This document shows positions 19,058 to 27,514 of a DNA stretch of 64,000 nucleotides, piece after piece. Each line of letters opens with the position of its first letter. Within the stretch, counting starts at the first letter, position 1. Source of the stretch: Kiritimatiellia bacterium (GTDB lineage Bacteria; Verrucomicrobiota; Kiritimatiellia; RFP12; UBA1067). Location of the stretch: NCBI GenBank assembly GCA_050949565.1, contig JBMNFY010000006.1, positions 96,001 through 160,000 on the forward strand. Direction: 5' to 3'. The position numbers and the translations under genes are program-made. The notes beneath the pieces are model-generated. The model saw nothing but the letters and a program-made list of their open reading frames with translations, was not told the DNA's origin and ran no database searches.

Positions 19058-20476
19058 ATGGCAACAGGAGTGAATGTGACGCGACGTGCGTTTATGAAAA
19101 AGGCCGCGGTGTCGGCGGCGGGGTTCTCGATCGTGCCGCGGTACGTGCTGGGCGGACCGGGGTTTGTCGCGCCGAGCGAGAAGGTCAATGTCGCGATCAT
19201 CGGCACCGGCGGGATGGGGATGCGTAACGCAAAGGCCCTCCTGCATGAACCGGAAGCGCGTATCGTCGCGATCTGCGACGTGGCGGAACGCACCGACCTC
19301 ACCGCCTATTGGTACCGCTGTCACGCGGGACGCCTACCGACTAAGGAGATGATTGAGAAGCACTATGCCGAGACGGTGCCCGGATACCGCTGTCCCGACT
19401 ATGAGGATTTCCGCGTGATGCTGGAGAAGGAGAAGGGCATCGACGCGATCTTGTGCGCGACGCCGGACCATTCGCACGCGTTTATCACGACCACCGTGAT
19501 GCGGATGGGGAAGCATGTCTACTGCGAGAAGCCGCTCGCGCACAATCCTTGGGAGTGCCGCCAAATCGCAAAGGTGGCCAAAGAGACGGGGGTTGCCACG
19601 CAGTTGGGTATCCACGGCCATTCAGAATCGGGCATCCGCATGGTTTGCGAATGGGTCTGGGACGGTGCCATCGGACAGGTGCGCGAAGTGCACGGATGGA
19701 GCCGTTCCCCGCGCTGGCGCAAGGAGCTTGGGAGACCCGCCGAGACACCGCCTGTGCCGGCCGGCTTCAACTGGGATCTGTGGCTGGGGCCGCGCGAATT
19801 CCGCCCGTACCACCCCGCTTATGCGCCGTACGTCTGGCGCGATTGGTGGGCGTTCGGGACCGGCTCGCTGGGCAATCTGGCTGTTCATAATTTAGACGGC
19901 GCGGTCTGGGCGTTGAATCTGGTGCATCCCACCAGTGTCGAGGCCGTCACGACCGGCGGGGTCGACAGTGAATCTTCTGGTTTTGGCGGCATGTACACGT
20001 TTCGCTTTGGGGTGCGCGGCGACCTGCCTCCCGTGAAGATGACGTGGTATGACGGCGGATTGCGGCCGCCTTTCCCTGAGGAAGTTGATTCCGACGATCT
20101 CCGCCAGCGTCTGGGTGATGGCGGCGACGGGATGCTGCTGGTTGGTGAAAAAGGTTACATCACGACCGCCTCAAACTGCCGCGCACCCCGCCTGTTGCCG
20201 CTGGATCTGCACAAGTCGTACAAGCGTCCCGATCCGACCATTCCACGTGTCAAGGGCCATCACGCGGATTGGTTGTCGGCCTGCAAGGGCGGGACGCCCG
20301 CCAGCGCGAACTTCGAGTACGGCGCGCGCCTGACTGAACTGATCCTGTTGGGGAATGTCGCGTTGCGCACGGGCAAGAGGATCCAGTGGGATCCTGTCGC
20401 CATGCGCGCCACCAATGCGCCCGAAGCCGATGCGTTCATCAGGGAAGAGTGCCGCAAAGGATGGGAGATCGTTTAA
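19058..20476 (+). CDS. Tat-exported Gfo/Idh/MocA oxidoreductase
   Basis: TRRAFMK twin-arginine signal, IIGTGGMG, TPDHSH, YCEKPL, WDLWLGP. Confidence 0.9.
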   Translation: MATGVNVTRRAFMKKAAVSAAGFSIVPRYVLGGPGFVAPSEKVNVAIIGTGGMGMRNAKALLHEPEARIVAICDVAERTDLTAYWYRCHAGRLPTKEMIEKHYAETVPGYRCPDYEDFRVMLEKEKGIDAILCATPDHSHAFITTTVMRMGKHVYCEKPLAHNPWECRQIAKVAKETGVATQLGIHGHSESGIRMVCEWVWDGAIGQVREVHGWSRSPRWRKELGRPAETPPVPAGFNWDLWLGPREFRPYHPAYAPYVWRDWWAFGTGSLGNLAVHNLDGAVWALNLVHPTSVEAVTTGGVDSESSGFGGMYTFRFGVRGDLPPVKMTWYDGGLRPPFPEEVDSDDLRQRLGDGGDGMLLVGEKGYITTASNCRAPRLLPLDLHKSYKRPDPTIPRVKGHHADWLSACKGGTPASANFEYGARLTELILLGNVALRTGKRIQWDPVAMRATNAPEADAFIREECRKGWEIV

Positions 20477-20502
20477 GCGTTGAAGGATACGAGGAGAACG
20501 AA

Positions 20503-21528
20503 ATGAAGAACATGAGATGCCTGTGGGCGGCGGTCCTCTGCGCGGTCGCAGTGACGCACGCTGAGCCGGTGAAATTGATTTTTGACACCGATATGGGAAA
20601 TGATACCGACGACCTGATGGCGCTGTGCATGATCCACACGTTGCAGTCACGCGGCGCGGTTGATCTGCTGGCGGTGACCATTACGAAAGATCACCCGCAG
20701 GCCGCTGCGTTCGTGGATGCGGTCAACACCTTCTACGGACGGCCCGACATTCCGATCGGAGTGGTCAAGGGCGGCGTAACGCCCGAGCCCGGTAAATTCA
20801 ATCTGCTGGCCGCAGCCAAGAACGAGGACGGGAGCTTGCGTTACCCGCATGATCTCACCTCCGGCGAGCAGGCCCCCGAAGCCACCGGCCTGATCCGCAA
20901 AATCCTGGCCGCCCAACCGGACCAAAGCGTGTCGCTGGTGCAGGTCGGGTTCTTCACGAACTTCCAGCGCCTGCTGGATTCGCCTGCTGACGTGCATTCG
21001 CCGCTCACCGGCAAGGAACTGATCGCGAAAAAGGTCAAGGTGCTCTCGCTCATGGCGGGTTCTTTCCAGCCGATCAATTGGAAAACGCGCCATCTGGAAT
21101 ACAACGTGATCAAAGACATCCCCGCCGCGCAGAAGTTGGCGAAAGAGTGGCCGACGCCGATGCTTTGGAGCGGGTTTGAAATCGGGATCGCGGCAGCCTA
21201 TCCGTACGAGTCGATCGAGCGGGATTACGTCTACATGAAGCACCATCCGTTGCCCGAGGCCTACGCGCTCTACTCACCGAAGGGCCACAACCGGCCGACG
21301 TGGGATCCCACCGCGCTGCTGGTTGCGGTCTACCCCGACCGCGGCTATTTCACGCTCTCACCGGTCGGCACAGTAACAGTCGAAAACGACGGAGGCACCC
21401 TGTTTACGCCGGGTAAAGGACGCGACCAGTTTCTCTCGATGAATGCGGAACAGACCGAACGCGTGCGCGAGGCGATCGTGCAGCTTTGCGTGGCTCCGCC
21501 GACGCATGTCGCCGCCCCCAAACGTTAG
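20503..21528 (+). CDS. Exported nucleoside hydrolase-family protein
   Basis: DTDMGNDTDD, LEYNV, RPTWD; signal peptide; GAGGAG RBS. Confidence 0.85.
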   Translation: MKNMRCLWAAVLCAVAVTHAEPVKLIFDTDMGNDTDDLMALCMIHTLQSRGAVDLLAVTITKDHPQAAAFVDAVNTFYGRPDIPIGVVKGGVTPEPGKFNLLAAAKNEDGSLRYPHDLTSGEQAPEATGLIRKILAAQPDQSVSLVQVGFFTNFQRLLDSPADVHSPLTGKELIAKKVKVLSLMAGSFQPINWKTRHLEYNVIKDIPAAQKLAKEWPTPMLWSGFEIGIAAAYPYESIERDYVYMKHHPLPEAYALYSPKGHNRPTWDPTALLVAVYPDRGYFTLSPVGTVTVENDGGTLFTPGKGRDQFLSMNAEQTERVREAIVQLCVAPPTHVAAPKR

Positions 21529-21630
21529 GGCCTTACGGCTCGACAAGCGCGATAAAAAACAAGCTGACCCATAGCCCAAGGCAAGCGAAGCGCAGCCCCG
21601 GGCTATGGCACATCCGGCCCTCTGGGCCGG
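21523..21630. repeat. Repeat family G (21523-21563) plus family F palindrome (21569-21630)
   Basis: G matches 37934-37974 (TAGNGCCTTACGGCTCGACAAGC...AAAAACAAG); F matches 4367-4428 in reverse. Confidence 0.9.
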
Positions 21631-21643
21631 CGGGAGGACGGGC

Positions 21644-23671
21644 TTAGTCCTCGTCGTCGTCCTTGCGGTCCTTGGCCGCTTCGGCGATGACCTTTTGCGC
21701 CACGTTAGAAGGCACGATGTCGTAACGGTCAAACTCCAGCGTGAAGGAGCCCTGGCCGCCGGTGAGAGAGCGCAACTCTGCCGCGTACTTGAAGAGTTCG
21801 GCGAGCGGCGCCTCGGCCGAAATCACCTGGATGCCCTCCTCGGCGTCCATGCCCAGCACGCGACCGCGCTTGTTGGGCATGTCACCGCTGATCGCACCCA
21901 TGAAGGCCTCGGGGATCGTGATCTTCAGGCGCATGATCGGCTCAAGCAGCACGGGCTTGGCCTTGGTCATGGCGTCGCGGAAGGCGCGCATACCGGCGAT
22001 CTTAAAGGCGATTTCCTTAGAGTCGACCGGGTGATAGGAGCCGTCGTAGACCTCAACGTTGACGTTCTGCACCAGATAACCGGCGACCGCGCCAGCTAAC
22101 TTGCCCTCCTCAACGCCCTTGAGCACGGCGGGGATGAAGTTGCCCGGGATCGAGCCACCCACGGTCTTGTCGACAAACCACTCGCCCTCCTCGTCCTCGC
22201 TGCGGGGGAAAATACGCAGGTAGACCTCGCCGAACTGTCCGGCGCCACCCGACTGCTTTTTGTGGCGGTAGTGGCCTTCGCCTGAGGCGGTGATGGATTC
22301 GCGGTAAGGCACCTTGGGCGTCGACAGGGTGACGTTCACGTTCGTCTGCGATTTCATCAAAGCGACCGCCACGTCGAGGTGCACGTCACCGAGCCCCTTC
22401 AGCAGCGCCTGCTTGGTCTCGATCTGCTTTTCGTAGTGCAGCGTGGGATCGCTGTCAAGCAGACGGTGGATCGCGGTCGAGAGTTTGTCCTCGTCGGCCT
22501 GAGTCTTGGCTTCTACAGCCATGAACATGACCGGCTGCGGCAAGTCGAGATCCGGCATGCGCACCGTCGATCCGGCGGCAACGAGGGTGTTGCCGGTCTT
22601 GGTGTTTTTCAATTTGGGAATCGCCACGATATCGCCGGGGCCAGCCTTGGTGACGGGGGTCTGTTTCTTGCCGACCACGTAGATCATGGAGGAGATGCTC
22701 TCCTTGGTGTCGGTGGAAGTGTTCTGCACACTCATACCGGTGGTGAGCGTCCCGGAGATCACGCGGACGTAGCTGAGCTGGCCGAGGAACGGGTCAACCG
22801 CCGTACGCCAAACTTGCGCCACGGCGGGCGCGTCCGGATCGGAAGCCAGTTCGTTGCCCTCGGTGTCGCGATAAACGCGGGCACCGGGGGCCGGCAACAG
22901 GCGGCAGATGCTGTCTAGCATCTCTGTGACACCGACATCCTTGAGCGGGCAGACCGTGTAGATCGGGTTGATGCTACCTGAATGGATGCCGTTAACGAGT
23001 CCCTTGCGAATATCGGCAGGCTCCAGCGAACCCTGCTCGAAATACTTTTCCATGAGGGCTTCATCGGTTTCGGCGGCGGATTCGGCCAGACCGTCGCGGA
23101 TCTCCTGGAGCGGCCCCGGCAGATCGTCAGTGTCAAGGAGGTTGATCACCGCGTTGGCGTCGGTGGGTGCAGTCACGGGCACGCAGTTCACGCCGAATGC
23201 GTCGCGGATCGCGGCGACGGTCTTGGCGAAATCGGTATTGTCCTTGTCGAGCCCGGTGATCACAAAGGCGACGGAAGCCAGACCGCCATCCTGGCAGTAT
23301 TTCCATGCGCGGCGGGTGCCGACCTGTACCCCAGAGGCGGCATCAACGGTGATCAGCGCGAAATCGGCGGCACGTATGGCGCCTTGGATTTGACCGCAGA
23401 AGTCCATGAATCCGGGTGAATCGGTGAAAACGATCTTGTACTCGTCATTTCCGATCTTGTGCGTTGCCGTGAAGCTTTTGGCGAAGATGGTGATCTTGCG
23501 GTTCTTCTCTTCATCGGAGGTGTCCGCGACACTGGAGCCGTTCGCGACGAGGCCCATGCGATCGTTCAGCCCCAGCTTGAAGGCGATAGCATCGGTGAGG
23601 GTGGTCTTTCCGCTTCCGCTATGTCCGAGAATGACGAAGTTCCGGACGTTTGACACAGATGTTTCACTCAT
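21644..23671 (-). CDS. Elongation factor G paralogue (EF-G2-like)
   Basis: GHSGSGKTT, RKITI, DSPGFMDF, GLGDVHL, KQSGGAGQFG, DGSYHPVDS, LLEPIM, LRSLTGGQG. Confidence 0.9.
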   Translation of the reverse strand: MSETSVSNVRNFVILGHSGSGKTTLTDAIAFKLGLNDRMGLVANGSSVADTSDEEKNRKITIFAKSFTATHKIGNDEYKIVFTDSPGFMDFCGQIQGAIRAADFALITVDAASGVQVGTRRAWKYCQDGGLASVAFVITGLDKDNTDFAKTVAAIRDAFGVNCVPVTAPTDANAVINLLDTDDLPGPLQEIRDGLAESAAETDEALMEKYFEQGSLEPADIRKGLVNGIHSGSINPIYTVCPLKDVGVTEMLDSICRLLPAPGARVYRDTEGNELASDPDAPAVAQVWRTAVDPFLGQLSYVRVISGTLTTGMSVQNTSTDTKESISSMIYVVGKKQTPVTKAGPGDIVAIPKLKNTKTGNTLVAAGSTVRMPDLDLPQPVMFMAVEAKTQADEDKLSTAIHRLLDSDPTLHYEKQIETKQALLKGLGDVHLDVAVALMKSQTNVNVTLSTPKVPYRESITASGEGHYRHKKQSGGAGQFGEVYLRIFPRSEDEEGEWFVDKTVGGSIPGNFIPAVLKGVEEGKLAGAVAGYLVQNVNVEVYDGSYHPVDSKEIAFKIAGMRAFRDAMTKAKPVLLEPIMRLKITIPEAFMGAISGDMPNKRGRVLGMDAEEGIQVISAEAPLAELFKYAAELRSLTGGQGSFTLEFDRYDIVPSNVAQKVIAEAAKDRKDDDED

Positions 23672-23895
23672 ACAAATTGATCCATACACTGGGGCGGCCC
23701 TCTAAAGGAGGGTCTCCTGGGTTAAAAAGCTCCGATCGAATATCACCCCCGTGATATTCCTAACTGGAACGTAGACAATCACTATGACAAATCGGTCATT
23801 CGGAAGCAAGGACGGAATTTGGATGGTTTTTGGCGAATGACGGCAATATCGGAGCGCGTTTGCCGTTCAAATTAGACGGGAGACAGGAGAAGACG

Positions 23896-24726
23896 ATGAA
23901 GACAAAACACAAAGTGGGTCTGATTGTCGGAGCATTGGTCTGCGCGCTGACCGGTGCCGGGATGGAGCATCTCAGGCACCGTTTGTTGACGGCAACGCCG
24001 GTACCTGATAGCGCTGATGTCCAAGAAACCGTCCGCGCACCGCAAGCGCCGGTCCGCGTTGTGACCGTTCGTGACGAAAACGCGAAACGCGATGCCGATG
24101 CGTTACGTCGGCGCGTGAGTGAGCTGGAGAAGGCTTTGTCCGAGCGTGACACGGCGCGCGCACAGCAGCCGGAACAGCCGCAAAAGGTCGAGGCCGAGGC
24201 GAGCCGAGAGCGCGGTGAGGATCGTGGTCGGCGTCGCTCGTGGGAAGAGCGGATGGAAGAGATGCGGCGCGAGAATCCCGAGCAGTATGCCGAGATGCAG
24301 CAGCGTCGTGAGGAGTTCCGCCAGAGTATGGAGCGGCGCGCGCGCGACCGCGAAGATTTTCTTGATGCGGTTGATGTCGCAGGAATGACGCCCGAGCAGC
24401 GACAGAACCATGAGCAACTGCTGGCCACCGTGGCACGCGTGAACACGCTGATGGCGGATATGATGGAAAACGGCCGTCCACGCGGCGAGATGGGCGAAGC
24501 AGCACGGAATGAGATGCGCGAGGCCATGATGGCGCTGGGGCCGCTCTACGACTCAGAACGCCGCTACTTGCTGGAGGCGACCGCAAAGTCGCTCGGGTAC
24601 TCAGGCAGCGAGGTCCAAGCATTCACGGAGCACATCCAGATGATCTTTGAGCATACCTCCATGATGCCGCCGGGCGGTTTCGGGCCGCGCGGCGGTAGAG
24701 GCGGCCCGCCGCGCGGTGGCCGATAA
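23896..24726 (+). CDS. Hypothetical membrane-anchored helical, Arg/Glu-rich protein
   Basis: AGGAG RBS, N-terminal transmembrane helix, charged helical body, Gly/Arg/Pro tail. Confidence 0.75.
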   Translation: MKTKHKVGLIVGALVCALTGAGMEHLRHRLLTATPVPDSADVQETVRAPQAPVRVVTVRDENAKRDADALRRRVSELEKALSERDTARAQQPEQPQKVEAEASRERGEDRGRRRSWEERMEEMRRENPEQYAEMQQRREEFRQSMERRARDREDFLDAVDVAGMTPEQRQNHEQLLATVARVNTLMADMMENGRPRGEMGEAARNEMREAMMALGPLYDSERRYLLEATAKSLGYSGSEVQAFTEHIQMIFEHTSMMPPGGFGPRGGRGGPPRGGR

Positions 24727-24867
24727 ACTCCTAAATCCCACATCCTAAATTCTCCTTCAAGGTGCGATTCAACCGCGTTGAATCGCACCTTGAAGATTTT
24801 GCCCCGTGTTGGCACAATGGTATCGGGTTTTTGTTGGGGTCTACGTGAGGTAACGGGGTGCTGCCTT

Positions 24868-25431
24868 ATGGGCCATGGGTCCGCGCAAATTGAAAAGGGT
24901 TGTCAAAACGGCGATGTCGTCTACTATCTCGGCCGCGCATGCCGGCTCTGCGTGAAGCACTCGGTCTGGAAGCGGGTCACGCTGGAGTCGGATGTCCTGC
25001 ATGTGACGCTGGCGCACGACACGGATGGCGCGCGCGTCAAACGACTGGTCGATGATTGGTTTGTGCAACAGGCGCGTGAAGAGTTGCCGCGCTATTTCGC
25101 CGAGGCCGTGGAACGGCACGGCTGGCGGTTGCGAAATGCGCGCGTGCCGCTCGTGATGCGTTCGCCTGACCAGCCGCAGGGCTTGCGCCTGACGGTGCGT
25201 CCGATGAAGTCACGCTGGGGGAGCTGTTCGGTGGACGGCCATGTGACATTGAATGCTGAGCTGGTGCGTCTGCCGCATCGGCTGATCGAATATGTGGCGG
25301 TGCATGAGCTGTGTCATCTGGTTCACCATAACCATTCGGCGGTGTTTTATTTTCAACTGGCGAGTTGTCTGCCGGATTGGCGGCAACGCCGCGCTGAACT
25401 GAAGACGATTGCGCTCGAGGAGGCGCGCTAA
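24868..25431 (+). CDS. YgjP/DUF45-family zinc metallo-domain protein
   Basis: MKSRWGSCS, YVAVHELCHL, NHS; start codon uncertain. Confidence 0.85.
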   Translation: MGHGSAQIEKGCQNGDVVYYLGRACRLCVKHSVWKRVTLESDVLHVTLAHDTDGARVKRLVDDWFVQQAREELPRYFAEAVERHGWRLRNARVPLVMRSPDQPQGLRLTVRPMKSRWGSCSVDGHVTLNAELVRLPHRLIEYVAVHELCHLVHHNHSAVFYFQLASCLPDWRQRRAELKTIALEEAR

Positions 25432-25434
25432 AAC

Positions 25435-26574
25435 ATGAAGACGGTGTTGCAGGTGCTGGAGGCGACAGAGGGCGGCACGCGCCGTCATCTGCGCGATTTG
25501 GTGGGGGCGCTCGATCCGTCGGAATTTCGCTGCGCCTTGGCTGTCGCGTGTCGGCGTGATCCCGATTTCCAGAACGATCTGATGGCTTGGCGCGCGCGCG
25601 GTCTGGATGTCACCGAACTGGCGATGCAGCGTGGCCTGTCACCGCTGGCCGACCTTGCCGCGCTCACGGGACTGGTTCGTTGCGTGCGGCGCGTCCGTCC
25701 GGATCTGATTCACGCGCACAGCGCCAAAGCCGGCGCGCTCGCGCGGGCCGCAGGATGCTTCTGCCGTGTGCCGGTTGTCTATACCCCTCACGCCTTTCCG
25801 TTTTTGATGGCGTGCGGGCCGCGCCAGCGCGGGTTTTATCGGTGGGTCGAGCGGCTGGCCTGCCGAAAGACGGCGACGATCATCGCAGTGTCCAGCGAAG
25901 AGGAGACCGCCGCGTTGGCGCTGGGCTATCCGCCTGAGCGGGTGGTGCGCATTCCCAACGGCGTGGCTCCCGTTGAAGCCGGGGAGATCATCATCCGCGA
26001 CACGGCCTCGCTGCGGATCGGATTCATGGGGCGGCTGGCGTATCAGAAAGGGCCGGATCTTTTGCTGGAGGCAATGTGTGAGGTCGCCGTTCGTCTGCCG
26101 CATGTGCAAACGGTATTCTACGGCGATGGCGCGATGGCGGCAGAGCTACGCGCGCGCGCCGAGCAGACGCCGCTGGCCGGCCGTGTGAAGTTCGCCGGTC
26201 CGTCTGCGCAGTCGGATGCGGTCAAGCTGTTGCGCGAAATGGATATCGCCGTGTTGCCGTCGCGCTGGGAGGGATGCCCGTATGTCCTGCTGGAGGCGTT
26301 TCAGGCGGGCGTGCCGGTGGTGGCGGCAGAAGTGGGTGGCGTGACCGATCTGGTGCGGAACGGTGAGAACGGCCTGTGCGTGCCGCCCGAAGATCCTACG
26401 GCACTTGGCGACGCCTTGCTCACCCTGTTGCGCAATGCAGACCTGCGGCGTAAATTGGCCGAAGGGGGGCGCGCGACGCTTGCTTCATTTACCTTGGAGC
26501 AGATGGTCAGTCGCGTGGAGCAGGTGTATCGCGACGTGTGCGGCGCGCCGCCCAACGCGGCCGCAGCGCGGTGA
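25435..26574 (+). CDS. GT4 glycosyltransferase
   Basis: HAHSAKAG, GRLAYQKG, PSRWEGCPYVLLEA. Confidence 0.9.
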   Translation: MKTVLQVLEATEGGTRRHLRDLVGALDPSEFRCALAVACRRDPDFQNDLMAWRARGLDVTELAMQRGLSPLADLAALTGLVRCVRRVRPDLIHAHSAKAGALARAAGCFCRVPVVYTPHAFPFLMACGPRQRGFYRWVERLACRKTATIIAVSSEEETAALALGYPPERVVRIPNGVAPVEAGEIIIRDTASLRIGFMGRLAYQKGPDLLLEAMCEVAVRLPHVQTVFYGDGAMAAELRARAEQTPLAGRVKFAGPSAQSDAVKLLREMDIAVLPSRWEGCPYVLLEAFQAGVPVVAAEVGGVTDLVRNGENGLCVPPEDPTALGDALLTLLRNADLRRKLAEGGRATLASFTLEQMVSRVEQVYRDVCGAPPNAAAAR

Positions 26575-27391
26575 CAAGAGCCGCCGCGATCAGTAGCGAA
26601 CCGGCCAACAGGCCGGGGACGCCGGCCGATTCCTTGAAGAGGCAGAGCGAGACCGCGACGCCCAGCGGAATCTTGAGGTTGTTCATGACAGCCAGCACAC
26701 CACCCGGCACACGGCGCGCGCCGCGATTCCAGAAGAGATAACTCACGCCCGAAACCACTACGCCCAGATAGAGCAACACGGCGGCCTGGGACACCGTGGG
26801 CACGGGCGCGACCGTCAGGGCGTCGCGCAGGCCAAATGGCGCCAGAGCGGCAAAGCCCCCCAGATAGAGCCAGAAGCTGACGCGGTGATCCGGCGGCGGT
26901 TGCGGCATGCGGGCCATTACCTCGCGGTAGGCAATCTGCCCCAGGGCGAAGCAGAGATTGGAGGCTTCGACCAGCAGAAAGCCGATCAGCGGCGCTTCGG
27001 AGGAAACGCCGCGCCAGAGGATCACGCCCGCCCCGACCACGGCCAGCAGCGCAGCCGCCAAGTTGGTGAGGCAGAAGCGGCGAGCGACGATGTCGCTGGT
27101 CACCGCCACATAGACCGGTGTCATCACGGTGAAGAGCGCCACCTCGTGCGATTTCAAATAACGGAAGCTCGCCATGTACGTCAATGACATGAGACCGAAT
27201 TGCAACGCGCCGACGGCCACAAGCGCCAAGCCGTTACGCAGCGACACGCGTGCGGCAAACGGCAGAAACAGCAATGCAGCAATCGCCAGACGGATCGCCG
27301 CCAGCCAAGCCGGTGGCAGCCCTGCCAGCAGGTTGCCGATGAGGCCGAACGAAAAGCTCCAGATTAAGGAGGCTGCGACGAGTAAGAACAT
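26507..27391 (-). CDS. EamA/DMT-family transporter (YigM-like)
   Basis: IWSFSFGLIG, ALFTVMTPVYV, WNRGA, VMNNLKIP; ten-TM pattern; 3' end overlaps the convergent GT4 gene. Confidence 0.85.
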   Translation of the reverse strand: MFLLVAASLIWSFSFGLIGNLLAGLPPAWLAAIRLAIAALLFLPFAARVSLRNGLALVAVGALQFGLMSLTYMASFRYLKSHEVALFTVMTPVYVAVTSDIVARRFCLTNLAAALLAVVGAGVILWRGVSSEAPLIGFLLVEASNLCFALGQIAYREVMARMPQPPPDHRVSFWLYLGGFAALAPFGLRDALTVAPVPTVSQAAVLLYLGVVVSGVSYLFWNRGARRVPGGVLAVMNNLKIPLGVAVSLCLFKESAGVPGLLAGSLLIAAALVTALRPRWAARRTRRDTPAPRD

Positions 27392-27418
27392 GGGGATCGC
27401 AACATCTCGGGTTTTTGA

Positions 27419-27492
27419 ATCCACAGATTACACAGATTTTTTTGGGGCAGCGCACTTCCAGACAAACTAATGCACTAATGCACTAATTAACT
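27419..27492. repeat. Nonamer (CACAGATTA) and heptamer (CTAATGCA-type) tandem repeats
   Basis: 27419-27439 resembles 35565-35586; 27465-27492 matches the reverse complement of 37162-37189. Confidence 0.8.
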
Positions 27493-27514
27493 TGGGTCGC
27501 GGGCTTTGCTCGCG

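Noticed and set aside
23738-23759. GAATATCAC-CCCC-GTGATATTC hairpin upstream of the EF-G paralogue
   Set aside because: Single copy; it could be an operator or leader stem, but no function can be supported from sequence alone
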